From NCBI RefSeq assembly GCF_963921235.1, contig NC_086100.1, positions 21,328,001 through 21,392,000 of the forward strand: a stretch of DNA of 64,000 nucleotides, given 5' to 3'. Position 1 is the stretch's first letter; each line of letters starts with the position of its first letter. The position numbers were made by a program, and so were the translations under genes. The notes under the pieces were generated by a model that did no database searches, had not been told where the DNA came from, and worked only from the letters and a program-made list of their open reading frames with translations. Shown piece after piece: positions 48,070-62,034 of the stretch. Origin of the DNA: Mobula hypostoma (Eukaryota).

Positions 48070-49636
48070 CAGTGCCTATAAAAAGTATTCACCACCCCCT
48101 CCCCCGGAAGATTTCATGTTTTATTACTTTACAACATTAAATCACAGTAGAATTAATTTGGCATTTTTTTAACTGATGAACAGAAAGACTCATTTGGCTC
48201 AAAGTAAAAACAAAGTGATCTAAATTAATTACAAATATAAAACATGAAATAATTGTTTGCATAAATATTAACCACCCCCCCCCCCTTTAATATGACACAC
48301 CAACTCATCACTGGTGCAGCCAAATGGTTTTAGAAGTCATATAATTAGTTAAATGGAGATCTGTTTTTGGAAACCTGTGTTTCTATTGATTGTAGTCAAA
48401 ATACAACTGTATCTGGAAGGTCTAACTGCTGGTGAGTCAGTATCCTGGCAAAAATTACACCATGAAGACAAAAGAACACTCCAAGCAACTACACAAAGAG
48501 GTTATTGAAAATCACAGGTCAGGAGATGGATACAAGAAAATTTCCAAGTCATTGAATGTCCCTTGGAGTATAGTTAAGTTCCTTATCAAGAAAAGGAAAG
48601 AATATGGCACAGCTGTAAATCTGCCTAGAGCAGGCTGTCCTCAAAAAGTAAATGTCTGTGCAAGAAGGGTACTAGTGAGGGAGGCCACCAAGAGATCTAT
48701 GACAACTCTGGAGGAGTTACAAGCTTCAGTGGCTGAGATGAGAGAGACTACACATACAAGAACTGTTGCCCAAGTGCTTCACTAGTCATAGCTTTATGGG
48801 ATAGTGGCAAAGAGAAAGTTACTTTTGAAAAAAGCTCTCATGAAATCTCGGCTAGAGTTTGCCAGAAGGCATATGGGAAAACGTTCTATGGTCTTATGGA
48901 ACCAAAATTGAGCTTTTATGCCATCAGACTAAAAACACACCATCCCTACTGTGAAGTATGTTGGTAGCTGTATCATGCAGTGGAGATACTTCACTGCAGC
49001 AGTCCCAAGAAGGCTTGTGAAGGTAGAGGGTAAAATAAATGCAGCAAAATACAGGGAAATCCTGGAGGAAAACCTGATGCAGTCTGCAAGAGAACTGCAA
49101 TTTGGGAGAAGATTGCTTTCTAGCAAGACAATGACCCCAAGCATAAAGCCAAAGCTACACAGGAATGACTTAAAAACAACAAATTTAATGACCTGGAGTG
49201 GTCAAGTTGGAGTCCAGACCTCAATCCAATTGAGAATTTGTTTCTGGACTTGAAAAGGGCTGTTCACTCATGATTCCCATGCAATCTGACAGAGATCGAG
49301 CAGTTTTGTAAAGAAGAATGGGGAAAAATGGCAGTGTCCAGATGTGCAAAGCTGATAAAGACCTATCCACTCAGACTCAAAGCTGTAATTGCTGCCAAAG
49401 GTGCATCTACTAAATACTGACTTGAAGGGGGTGAGTAATTATGCAACCAATTATTTTGTTTAATAATTGTAATAAATTTAGGCCAATTTGTAGAAATTTG
49501 CTTTCACTTTGACACGAGTGTTTTCAATTGATCAGTGTTAACATCGCCAAATTAAATCCACTGTGATTCAATGTTGTAAAATAATAAAACATGAAAATTT
49601 CCAAGGGGGGGAGGTGCATACTTTTCATAGGCACTG
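48070..49636 (+). mobile_element. Near full-length Tc1-family DNA transposon with long IR/DR-type TIRs, inactive
   Basis: TA|CAGTGCCTATAAAAAGTAT ... ATACTTTTCATAGGCACTG|TA; imperfect TIRs of about 210 bp; transposase remnants inside. Confidence 0.95.
48462..49420 (+). pseudogene. Tc1 transposase pseudogene
   Basis: MKTKEHSKQL..GYKKISKSLNVP.S.VK..GTAVNLPRAG.P.K (paired-like domain); TVKYVGSCIMQW; QDNDPKH and SPDLNPIENL motifs in shifted frames; ends AKGASTKY*. Confidence 0.93.
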
Positions 49637-49891
49637 TAACATTGCCTTTTTCTCCAATTTTCACAATGTTGCTTGTTTTAAGGAACATGTCTAAGCTTAA
49701 TGGTTTTTGATGTTTGTCTTACGTGTCAGGGCTCCAGTTATAACTTTTAGAGGGAAGCCTGTTTCACTTCTCTTCAGTGATGACACAGCTAAATTTGGTG
49801 GGTGCAATGGTTCAGTAATATTCAATGTCATTTTCATTTGATACTGTGGGTCGCTACTTACACTCCCAATGGTATATACACACACTTTGGA

Positions 49892-49974
49892 CAAGGGTTT
49901 CCCAACCTGCGGTCCATGGACCCCTTCCTTAATAGTATTGGTCCATGGCATAAAAAAAGGGTTGGGAATCCCTG
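49892..49974. mobile_element. hAT-type MITE, second copy in opposite orientation
   Basis: CAAGGGTTTCCCAACC ... GGTTGGGAATCCCTG; interior is the reverse complement of 39623-39699; TSD degenerate. Confidence 0.75.
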
Positions 49975-50014
49975 TTTAGGCAAACTAAGCAGTATAAGAA
50001 AACATTGTGTAAGA

Positions 50015-50955
50015 CAAGACCATAATGCCATAAGGCATAGAAACAGATTTAGACCCTTTGCTCCATTGAATCTGCTTGGCCATTCCATCATGGCTGATTT
50101 ATTATTCCTCTCAAAATCATTCTCCTTCCTTCTCTGTGTAGACTTTGACGCCTTGACTTATCACAAACCTATCAACATCTGCTTTAAATGTACCCAGTGA
50201 CTTGACCTCCACAACCATCTATGGCAATGAATTGTAAGGAGTCAGCTACCTCTGCAGTGTTATTTTCCAGCAGTCCGATATCCACTCACACCTCTCTTTT
50301 ATTCTTTTACCAAAAAGCTTTTGGTATCCTCTTTGATATTATTGGCTTGCTTACCTTCACATTTCATCTTTTCTTTCTTTATGGTTTTTTCAGTTGCCTT
50401 CTGTTGGTTTTTAAAAGCTTCCTAATCTTCTAACTTCCCACTAACTTTTGATGTATTATACACCTTCTCTTTTGCATTTTACGTTCTCTGACTTCCCTCA
50501 TCAGCCACAATTGCCTCATCCTCCATTAAGAATACTTCTTCTGAATGTATCTGCCTTACACCTTCCGAATTTCTCCCAGAAGTTACAACCATTGCTGTTT
50601 TGCTATCATCCCTGCTTGAGTCCCCTTCCAATCAGTTTTGGCCAGCTCCTTTCTCGTGCCTCTATAATCCCCTTTACTTCACTGTAATACTGATACATCC
50701 GACTTTAGCGTCTCCTTTTCAAACTGCATCATGAATTCTATCATATTATGATCACTGTCTCCTAAGGGTTCCTTTACCTTAAGCTCCTCAATCAAATCTT
50801 GTTCATTACACAAACCTAATCTATAATTGCCTTTTCCCTTGTGAGTTCAACCACAAGCTGCTCTAAAAAGCCATCTCATAGGCATTGTACAAATTCTGTT
50901 TCTTAGTTTCCAGCACCAATCTGATTTCCCCAATCTACATGCATGACTATTGCAA
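50015..50955 (-). mobile_element. CR1 fragments (3' tail 50015-50230; endonuclease/linker 50240-50955)
   Basis: Aligns with 56190-56420 and 58565-59040. Confidence 0.8.
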
Positions 50956-50984
50956 CATTGGGCACAATGTCATATCAGTGTCGC

Positions 50985-51680
50985 AAGTAGAACAGTATAG
51001 CATAGCAACAGGCCATGAGGCCCACAATGTTGTACTGTACCAGCTAAATAGTAAATCAAAAATACCCAAACACTAATCCCTCCAACCTACACCATATCTA
51101 TATCCTGCCATCTTCTTTCCATCCATGTGTCTATCCGTATATCTCTTAAAAGTCTCCAGTTATTTGTCTCCACCATATACAGTATGACACTCTGAGTAAA
51201 AAAACTTAACCCTCATATTCCCCAAGAACCTATCCCCTCTCACGTTCAATGCATGCCCTTTGGCATTAGATATTTCAACCCTGCAAAACAGATACTCTCT
51301 GTCCGTTCTGTCTATGTCTCTCATAATCTTGTAAACCTCTACCTGATCTCCCCTCAGCCTCCAGTGCTCCAGAGAAAACAACCAAAGTTTGTCTAGGCTC
51401 TTGTGATAGCACACGATCTGTAAACCAGTCAGCGTCCTGGTAAAGCTCTTCTGCACCTTGTCCAAAGCCTCAGTATCCTTCCTGGAGTAGGGCAGCCAGA
51501 ACAGTTCGCAATACTCCAGATGTGGCCTGACCAGAGTTTTATGAAGTTGCAAGATGTCTAGACTTTTGAATACAGTGCTTCAACTGATAAAAGTAAACAT
51601 TACATAAGCCTTCTTAAACACCTTATTGACCTGTGTAGCCACTTTCAAAGAGTACTGAACTTGGATCCCAAGATCTTTCA
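50985..51680 (-). mobile_element. CR1 3' part
   Basis: ORF 51160-51552 MQLHKTLVRPHLEYCELFWLPY. Confidence 0.85.
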
Positions 51681-52129
51681 AAAATATCAAAATAAAATCA
51701 TTTGAGATCATTCTTACAAAGGAATCAATCTTTTCAAAAATGTGTTAAGTTACATTATATACAGTATACATTTCAAAAGCTTGTGGTATATCCCCACACA
51801 AAATACTTAAATCTCTGTACATGCCAGGTCTTCAACCTCCTGCTATAGACTGAGTGTTTCTGTCAATGTTAAAATGTCATGAAACAGGCACTCTACGTGA
51901 CTGCCCTATCATGCTGGAGTGTAACATTGACACACAGAGTGAAAACTGTGTACAGTACTTATTACATTTTAATACAATAAATCAAAATATATGAAGTATC
52001 AAATATGGCATATTTAATTACCAGAAGTTAGAGAAATTGATTTTCATGCTGTCAGATGGCATATGAGGTGTCGCTTCTCCATCCGGAGAGTGGCCTCATC
52101 ATTTCAGTAGAGGTGGTTATGGACTGACA

Positions 52130-52632
52130 TGTATTGAATTGAATTGACTTTATTGCTTACATCCTTCATATACATGATGATTAAAAAACTTCAGGTTACA
52201 TCTCTGTCTAAATGTGCCATGTGCAATTAATAGTAATCTATAATAAATAATATGTACAACAGGATAGTCAATCTAACATAGAAATGCAGTTGTTAGCATG
52301 AATTAAGCAGTCTGATGGCCAGATGGAAGAAGCTGTCCCAGAGCCTGTTGGTCCTGGCTTTTATGCTGAGGTACCATTTCCCAGATGTTAGCAGCTGGAA
52401 CATTTTGTAGTTGGGGTGACTTAGGTCCCCAATGATCCTTTGGATCCTTTTTACACACCTGTCTTTGTAAATGTCCTGAATAGTGGGAAGTTCACATCTA
52501 CAGATGTGCTAGGCTGTCTGCACCACTCTCTGCAGAGTCCTGCGATTGAGGGAAGTTCAGTTCCCACACCAGGCAGTGATGCATCCAGTCAGGGTCCTCT
52601 CAATTGTGCCCCAAGAGAAAGTCCTTCGGATT
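52130..52632 (-). mobile_element. Rex1/Babar-like LINE 3' part
   Basis: (ATTGA)n tail; minus strand encodes LLTSGKWYLSIKARTNRLWDSFFHLAIRLLN. Confidence 0.7.
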
Positions 52633-52634
52633 TG

Positions 52635-52860
52635 GGGAATGGGAGTGAGGATTAGATTAAAATGGTTGAGCTCCGGGAAATCCTACTTGTTGCAGATGGA
52701 GCAAAGGTGCTCGACAAAGTGGTCTCCCAATCCACGTTGGGTCTCCAATGTAAAGGAGGCCACACCAGGATAACGGATACAGTAGATGTCCCTGACATAC
52801 TCACAGGTGAAGTGTTGCCTTACCTGGAAGGACTGTTTGGTGCCCTGAATGGAGATGATA
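52635..52860 (-). mobile_element. Penelope-like family A GIY-YIG fragment
   Basis: ORF 52683-53027 ends QGTKQSFQVRQHFTCE..IYCIR..ETQRGLGDHFVEHLCSI. Confidence 0.8.
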
Positions 52861-54434
52861 GAGGAAATGAATGGGCTTTTAGATTTCTGTGTTAGGTTAG
52901 GCCAGATTTCATGATTATATGGTAAACTATTTAAAAAATCTGAGGCAAAGAACATGGAAAGAGTTTGATTCCAGTAGCTGACAAGTTTCAAGTTAGGAGC
53001 CAGAGATACAACATGAAATCCAAGCAATATGAAAGTTGCTGCTCAGAAAGGATTGTAAGATTTACTTCACTTCTAAGGTGTACAAATAAGGCTGCAGGAG
53101 AAAATATATCAACGTTCAAAATTAGATTGTGGGATATGTGGATAACATCATTCTGAAGCAAGAGTAAATGCGATGGAGATGCCTTGGTTATATATAGGGT
53201 AAACATCAATGTGATCATATTGAACCCAATTATCAATCCCTGGGTTCCACTGTTATCTAAGACGCTGATTCATGTGTTATGTATTCCAGAATGTTCTTTT
53301 CATTTCATATTCCTGTGCCTATATTTTTACTATATGTCAAATGTTTCTGTGTTATTATTTTTGTGCAAAATTCCAGCATGGTTGAGATGTATATTTTGTT
53401 ATTACAATTATTTGCTCAGTCAGGTATCCTGCTGCTCAAAAATTAGTGCTTCAAGGATATCAGACTTCTTGGAATTAAACATGCTACAAATGCAGAACTG
53501 ATCCACTAATATCTGAATGACTAACAGTGCAGTCAGACTTGCTGCGATCAGTTTTAACTGCAAGGAGATTAATCAGGGAAATTTTATGTGTAACCATCCC
53601 CCACCCTAAAGTGATTTTCTATCCATTGGTTCATGAATTTACCTGAGGTGCATTTTCTGCTTTACTTATTTCAGGTTTCCAGCATTTACTGTTTCTCTTT
53701 TATCTCTGCTGAGAAAGTAAACAGTACTTTTCTTCAGCCCAGCAGTAAAGTTAATGGCTTGATTATATAACGTGTACTGTGTGTTAAGTCTTTCCAGTCA
53801 ACTGATAGACTTCAATTACTTACATTTAAGGTTTTCCCTCTAATTTTCTTCCTTTCCTTATCTTCCTTCAAGCCTTTCCAAGGAACTCATGCAAGTTGAC
53901 CTTGTGTCTTTGTGAGCCCCAATTTATTAAATGTCATCAGTACTGCAGTGTGAACCTTGTTATTAAAACTCAGCAGCATCCTTAAACAGAGAATGGGCCC
54001 AGGAGAGATTGTATGGGCGATGGTTCAAAAAAAAAACAGGAAAGAAGGTTTAAATAAATTGATGTTTCATTATCACTGATGGTTGTTTGTCTTTCTTTAA
54101 ATAACATTCTGTATGAACTCCTGACAGACAATAACATGCTGTACTCATGGTCACATCAAATACATGCTAATACCATCTATGAACCTTTAAGGGTGTCATT
54201 CTAAATAAATTCAATAGGTTCTTTTGTCCCTGTCATGTGCAAAGATAATAAATATATGACAGAGTGAATGATACTTAGTCAATAAAATTACACAGATTTT
54301 TTTCTGTTTCATCCTCTGTCTCTTTTGATGTTCAGTGAACTTGACTTTGATTAACCTAGCTCCTTCCTTTGCATAATGGTATCCGGATTTTATCCAGGCC
54401 AACTCCTCTCAAAAGCTGCCCATTGGTATATTAG

Positions 54435-57400
54435 ACCTTAAGACATAGAAGCAGAATTAGGGCCATTTGGCGCATCGAGTCTGCTCCACCATTCAGTCAT
54501 GACTGATCCTTTTTTTTTCCTATTTTCTCCTTAACCCCAGTTCCTAGCCTTCTCCCCGTAACTTTTGATGCTGTGGCCAATCAAAAACCTATCAATCTTT
54601 GCCTTAAATACGCCCAACAACCTGGCCTCCACAGCTGCATGTGGCAACAGATTCCACAGATTCACCACCCTTTGGCTAAAGAAATTTCTCTGCATCTCTG
54701 TTTTGAAAGGGCACCCCTCTATCCTGGGGCTGGCTAGCTTGTCCTAGACTCTCCCACCATGAGAAACATCCTTTTCACATCTACTCTGTCTAGGCCTTTC
54801 AACATGCAAAAGGTTTCAATGAGATCCTCCCTCATCCTTCTGAATTCCAGTGAGTACAGACTCAGAGCCATCAAACATTCCTCATATAATAACCCTTTCA
54901 TTCCTGGAATCATTCTTGTGAACCTCTTCTGGACCCTCTCCAATGCCAGCACATATTTTCTAAGATGAGGGGCCCATAACTGTTCACTATACTCAAAGTG
55001 AGGTCTCACCAGTGCTTTTTAAAGCCTCACCATCACATCCTTGCTCTTGTATTCTAGACTGCTTGAAATGAATGCTAACATGCCATTTGCCTTCCTCACC
55101 ACCGACTCAACCTGCAAGTTAACCTTTAGGGTGTTCTGCACAAGGACTCCCAAGTCCCTTTGCATCTCAGAGTTTTGGATTTTCCCCCTGTTTAGAAAAT
55201 AGTCCACACATTTATTTCTACTACCAAAGTGTATGACCATGCATTTTCCAACATTCTATTTCATTTGTCACTTTCTTGCCCGTTCTCCTAATCTGTCTAA
55301 ATCCTGCATCCTACCTGTTTCCTCAACACTACCTGCCCCTCCACAAATCCTCGTATCATCTGCAAACTTGGCGACAAAACCATCTATTCCATTATCTAAG
55401 TCATCTATATACAGCATAAAAAGTAATAGTCCCAACACCGACCACTGCGGAAAATCACTAGCCACTGGCAGCCATCCAGAAAAGGATCCTTTTATTTCCA
55501 TTCACTGCCTCCTACCAATCAGCCAATGCTCTAACCATGTTACTAACTTTCCTGTAATACCATGGGCTCTTAACTTGGTAAACAGCCTCATGTGTGGCAC
55601 CTTGTCAAAGGCCTTCTGAAAGTTCAAATATACAACATCCCCTTTATCTATGCTACTTGCAATCTCCTCAAAGAATTACAGCAGGTTCGTCAGGCAGGAT
55701 TTTCCCTAAAGGAAACCATGCTGACTTTGTACTACCTTGTCCTGTATCATCAAGTACTCCATCACCTCATCCTTAACAATCGACTCGAACATCTTCCCAA
55801 CCACTGATATCAGGCTAAGAGGTATATAATTTCCTTTCTGCTGCCTTCCTCCTTTCTTAAAGAGTGGAGTGACATTTGCAATATTTCCAGTCTTCTGGTG
55901 CCATGCCAGAGTCCAATGATTTTTGAACGATCATTTTTAATGCCACCACCATCTCTAATGCTACCTCTTTTAGAACCCTTGGGTGCAGTTCATCTGGTTT
56001 GGGTGACTTATGTAGCTTTAGGTCTTTTAGCATTTTTGAGCACCTTCTCTCTTGGACAAGTAACTGCACCCACTTCTCTTCCTTCACGTACTATAATATC
56101 AGGCATACTGCTAGTGTCTTCCACAGTGAACACTGATACAAAATACTCATTTAGTTCATCACCCATCGCTTTGTCACCTGTTATTATTTTTCCTGCCTCA
56201 TTTTCTAGCAGTCCTATACTCACCCTCATTTCTCTTTTGTTTTTAACATACTTGAAAAATCTTTTATATCCACTTTGATATTATTTGCCTGCTTGCTTTC
56301 ATATTTCATCTTTTCCCTTCTAATGACTTTTTCAGTTGCTCTCTGTAGGTTTTTAAAAACTTCCCAATCCTTTATCTTCCCACTAATTTTTGTTTTGTTG
56401 TATGCCCTTTCTTTTGCTTTTACAATGCCTTGTTCTCTGGCAAAGATGTGATCGGTAGGTGGGAAGCCTTCAAAGGAGAAATTTTGAGAGTGCAGAATTT
56501 GTATGTTCCTGTCAGGATTAAAGGCAAAGTGAGTAGGAATAAGGAACCTTGGTTCTCAAGGGATATTGCAACTCTGATAAAGAAGAAGAGGGAGTTGTAT
56601 GACATGTATAGGAAACAGGGAGTAAATAAGGTGCTTGAGGAGTATAAGAAGTGCAAGAAAATACTTAAGAAAGAAATCAGGAGGGCTAAAAGAAGACATG
56701 AGGTTGCCTTGGCAGTCAACGTGAAGGATAATCCAAAGAGCTTTTACAGGTATATGAAGAGTAAAAGGATTGTAAGGGATAAAATTGGTCCTCTTGAAGA
56801 TCAGGGTGGTCGGCTATGTGCGGAACCAAAGGAAATGGGGGAGATCTTAAATAGGTTTTTTGCGTCTGTATTTACTAAGGAAACTGGCATGAAGTCTGTG
56901 GAATTAAGGGAAACAAGTAGTGAGATCATGGAAACTGTACAGATTGAAAAGGAGGAGGTGCTTGCTGTCTTGAGGAAAATTAAAGTGGATAAATCCCCGG
57001 GTCCTGACAGGGTGTTCCCTCGGACCTTGAAGGAGACTAGTGTTGAAATTGCAGGGGCCCTGGCAGAAATACTTAAAATGTCGCTGTCTACAGGTGAGGT
57101 GCCCGGAGGATTGGAGAGTGGCTCATGTTGTTCCGTTGTTTATAAAAGGATCAAAAAGTAATCCGGGAAATTATAGGCCGGTAAGTTTAAAGTCGGTAGT
57201 AGGTAAGTTACTGGAGAGAGTACTAAGAGACAGAATCTACAAGCATTTGGATAGACAGGGACTTATTAGGGAGAGTCAACATGGCTTTGTGCATGGTAGG
57301 TCATGTTTGACCAATCTATTGGAGTTTTTCGAGGCGGTTACCAGGAAAGTGGATGAAAGGAAGGCAGTGGATATTGTCTACATGGACTTCAGTAAGGCCT

Positions 57401-59072
57401 TTGACAAGGTCCCGCATGGGAAGTTAGTTAGGAAAATTCAGTCGCTAGGTATACATGGAGAGGTGGTAAATTGGATTAGACATTGGCTCAATGGAAGAAG
57501 CCAAAGAGTGGTAGTAAAGAATTGTTTCTCCAAGTGGAGGCCTGTGACTAGTGGTGTGCCACAGGGATCAGTGCTGGGTCCATTGTTATTTGTCGTCTAT
57601 ATCAATGATCTGGATGATAATGTGGCAAATTGGATCAGCAAATTTGCTGATGATACAAAGATTGGAGGTGTAGTAGACAGTGAGGAAGGTTTTCAGAGCC
57701 TGCAGAGGGGACTTGGACCAGCTAGAAAAATGGGCTGAAAAATGGCAGATGGAGATTAATACAGACAAGTGTGAGGTATTGCACGTTGGAAGGACAAACC
57801 AAGGTAGGACATACAGGGTTAATGGTAAGGCACTGAGGAGTGCAGTAGAACAGAGGTATCTGAGAATACAGATACAAAATCCCCTAAAAGTGGCGTCACA
57901 GGCAGATAGGGTCGTAAAGAGAGCTTTTGGTACCTTGGCCTTTATTAATCAAAGTACTGAGTATAAGAGCTGGAATGTTATGATGAGGTTGTATAAGGCA
58001 TTGATGAGGCCGAATCTAGAGTATTGTGTTCAGTTTTGGTCACCAAATTACAGGAAGGATATAAATAAGGTTGAAAGAGTGCAGAGAAGGTTTACAAGGA
58101 TGTTGCCGGGACTTGCGAAACTCAGTTACAGAGAAAGGTTGAATAGGTTAGGACTTTATTCCCTGGAGCGTAGAAGAATGAGGGGAGATTTGATAGAGGT
58201 ACATAAAATTATGATGGGTATAGATAGAGTGAATGCAAGCAGGCTTTTTCTTCTGAGGCAAGGGAAGAAAAAAAACAGAGGACATGGGTTAAGGGTGAGG
58301 GGGGAAAAGTTTAAAGGGGACATTAGGGGGGCTTCTTCACACAGTGGTGGGAGTATGGAATGAGCTGCCAAACGAGGTGGTAAATGCGGGTTCTTTTTTA
58401 ACATTTAAGAATAAATTGGACAGATACATGGATGGGAGGTGTATGGAGGGATATGGTCCGTGTGCAGGTCAGTGGGACTAGGCAGAAAATGGTTCGGCAC
58501 AGCCAAGAAGGGCCCAAAAGACCTGTTTCTGTGCTGTAGTTTTTCTATACTTTCTATGGTTTTCTATGACTTCCCTTGTCAGCTATGGCTGTACTATTTT
58601 ACCATTTGACTACTTCTTCATTTCTGGGATATGTATGTCCTGCACATTCCTTGTTCTTCCCAGAAAGGCACTCCATTGCTGCTCTGCTGACATCCCTGCT
58701 GGCAGCTCCTTCAAGTTCCAGCTTAGTTTGGCCAACTCCTCTCTCGTACCACTGTAATTTCCCTTACTCCACTGAAATACTGCTACATCAGACTTTACTT
58801 TCCCCTGTCAAATTTCAAGTTGAACTCAATCATATTGCGATCACTGGTTCCTAATGGTTCTTTTACCTTAATCTTCCTAATCACCTCCAGTTCATTACAT
58901 AATACCCAATCCAGTATAGCTGATCCCCTAGAAGGTTCAATGACAAACTGCTCTAAAAAGCCATCTCTTAGGCATTCAACAAACTCACTCTCTTGAAATC
59001 CATTACCAACCTGATTTTCCCAATTGACCTGCATGTTAAAATCTCCCATGACTACCATAACATTGCCCTTAT
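54435..59072 (-). mobile_element. Long CR1 ORF2 (endonuclease to 3' tail), interrupted by an opposite-strand CR1
   Basis: ORF 58795-59058 has VMGDFN..ILDWVL..LGTSDRNMI (APE endonuclease); RT ORFs at 55019-56229; tail near 54435. Confidence 0.93.
56425..58566 (+). mobile_element. Young CR1 LINE (2.1 kb, 5'-truncated) nested antisense in an older CR1
   Basis: Overlapping ORFs 56430-57161, 57040-57738 and 57680-58363 form ORF2 with frameshifts; (TTTCTATG)-type tail; same subfamily as 29141-30665. Confidence 0.95.
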
Positions 59073-60164
59073 GGTTTCACCTACAAGTCTTTAATCTTCA
59101 TTTACTTAAATTCGATCAATGTTCATCCCTTTGAACTTGATTCTACTCTAAACAAAAGGTTAGATCTAATAATCTAAATAACAATTTAAATCAGTTCCTT
59201 GTATTGTTCTGCTATTCATCTAAATTTTTGAGAACCATTATTATTGTTCCCTTAGTCCTTTCCCCATTGGCATCTTGGCTCACCTCATTCTCTCTAGAAT
59301 AAGTTCCATCCATCATTGGGTCAGGAACATCCTGATTATGAAAACTCTCTTGAATGGACTTCAGAATTGCCACTTCTCCTTCATTCTAATAATATTCCAA
59401 TCAATGTTATGAGAGTCAAATTCTTCCACTATTGCCATTCCATAGTACTGTACCTCTTTATGATTTTCCTGAAGATTCCTCCATTGTTCACCACTTGGTG
59501 TTTTATATAATGAGCAGAGCATTGGTACCCCTCCACCTTATTTCTTAAGCTGAACCCAATAGATTATGTCTTTACCTCTTTAATGCCACTCTCTCCCTCC
59601 ATCATATTTTCACAAATCAGTGTAATCACATATTAGTTCCTCTCTATTCTCTCTAGAATTTCCTAAATACCTTGCTTCAGTTATCATCTTCACATAATAT
59701 TTGTGGCTCACCAACCTCATCGCAATTGCTGCATTTATAAACATGTATTCTAAATTCTTTTCTGAGTTTCCCAAAATCTCTTCTAATTGCCTCCTTGGAT
59801 AATGGGGTTGGGTTTACCATTCCAGAATTCTTGAGCACAATCTCCAACTTCTGGAAGGATTGCAAAATTTCACCCTACCTCTCAGCAATTAGGGATATGC
59901 AGCCTGTCTCTTTGGGTTAAGCAAGGGTTCCATTCCTCAGAACTACCCATAAAGAAATCTCTTCATAAAATAGAAACATGTTTTTCCTACAGTAATCTAT
60001 ATTGTAGCACCTGGCATATTCTTGCTGGAATTCTTTTATTTTATTGTATGGTCACCCTCACCAGCCCTAATGTACAGTCTTCAACCTTAAATGTTGACAT
60101 AGGAGATATTAGATGGATGGGAATCAGGAGGGAGGAGGTAGATACGAGACAGGTGCAGGAAGTA

Positions 60165-60270
60165 GGATGCAGAATATAGAAGCTAGAAGATAGAAGGTTG
60201 CAGATAGAAGACAATAGGAGATAGAAGGTAGAAGATAGAAAACAGAAAGAGAAGTTGAAAGATAGAACAG
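60165..60270 (+). repeat. Degenerate purine-rich tandem repeat (AGATAGAAG-like)
   Basis: Directly visible; abuts a minus-strand CR1-like tail at 60262-60470. Confidence 0.7.
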
Positions 60271-61624
60271 GACAGCACAGTATGGGTTCTTAAGCCAACA
60301 ATATTATGCCAACCTATAATCATTCTAACACTTCCCTCCTATATAGCCCAAAACCCTCCACTTTTCCTACACTGATATGCCAATTTAAGTGTTTCTTAAA
60401 TGTTCCTAATGTATCAGTCCCTAACACCTTGACCTCTCCCTTAAACTTTCCTTCACTCACCTTAAACTGATGAAACTAACGCTATTTCATTCTTCACTGA
60501 TGCAGCCTAACGTGATAGTTTTCCAGGATTTTCTGTGTTACTCAGGAGCGTCTTGCTGAACTGTACCTCAGTTTTCAATTTGTAATATCTTTTGTTTTCA
60601 ATCCTCTGGGGGGGGCAGATTTCTTTCCATGCCTGTACCTTTGGTCAGGGGCTTTATTTAGGTGTTTCTTCAAAGCTTTGCCCCTCTTCACTCAGGTAGG
60701 TCTGTGAAAATATTAAACATTGGACCATTGCCTTGTTATTGAAGAGAATAATTGAACCCATGGTAATGGGTTTATTCAAGCCTGTTTCAGTCTAGAGTGA
60801 ACTGGGTGATAACATTGTGATTTATGATCGTTTTCCATTCTTTTTCTACAGCAGTTCCAGCTCCTGAGAAAAACCTGGACTTTTGCCCATTCCCATGTAA
60901 TGAAGTTGGAGTATCAAGTTTCTGAATGAATTCACCAGTGTGGCCTCTGTTTGAGTTTGTAAATTTTGGCAGTGGTGCAAAAAACCTGAGAACTTGTCAT
61001 CCAATTCTTTAAACCCAACTCACATGTCAGCTGTACTGAATTCAAAATAATGTAATGTCCTATTATTAAAATGAGAGGTTATGAAGGAGGGAAAGGTTAG
61101 ATTCATATTAGAGTAGGTTAAAATATGGGCATAATATCATTGGCCAAAGGGTCCGTACCGTGCTGTAAAGTTCTATGTTCTATCCTCATAGAAACCTTCT
61201 GATCAAAAGGACATGTATAATCTATAATTGTAGCAGTTCTGATACATTACCCTTAAGCAGCACCAGCAGAATTTTATAATGACTTATATTTTATTTAAAC
61301 ATTATTGGAAGATTCAGCTACTGGATCTGTTTTAACGGTGTAAGGTGTTGAGCACACTCATACAAGGTGATGATCATTTCCATACAGCATTTCTGAGGGA
61401 TAATCATGATGTGCCTTCTCATTTATTCTGAATGAAATACTAATTGGGAGTAAGCACATTGCAACAAGTATACTGTACTTCAATTTCTTCATTTGGTTGA
61501 TTGCAATATTCATTTTTACTATTGCAATTGAAGCAATTATTCAGGCAAAATGCCAAGACCAGGATATTGCTGCTGTTACATACTGCCTTTGCTTGAATGC
61601 CATTTTTGTCTCAATATGCTCATT

Positions 61625-61950
61625 CACAGCCTATGAACGTCACTGGCATTACCAGCATTTATTGCCTATCTTTAGTTGCCCAAGAACAGAGAAGGTCAGT
61701 AAGGGTTAATTGATGGTTCTAGGGTCACACATAAGCCAGAGTGGGTAAGGATATCAGATTTGCACCACCCAGATTGCATTTGTGAACCAGGTAATTTTTT
61801 TTACAACAATCCAATGTTTTCATATTTCCCATCACTGTGACTAGATGCTTTACAATTCATATCCATTTAATTATTTGAGTTGAATTGCCCAACTGTCATG
61901 GTGAAAATCAACTTCAAGGTTCTGGGTCAATAGTCCAGAAATTTGGCTAT
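61625..61950 (-). mobile_element. SacSINE1-like SINE remnant
   Basis: ACGTCACTGGCATTACCAGCATTTATTGCCTATCTTTAGTTGCC is the complement of the recalled shark SINE tail GGCAA.TA.GGATGGGCAATAAATGCTGG. Confidence 0.5.
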
Positions 61951-62034
61951 TACTTTAGTAGTAAGTAGAGCAAGTACTTGTGCTGTGTATGACGTTCTCC
62001 CGAGGGGGTTATCCACTTAATAGAGAACACCTGT

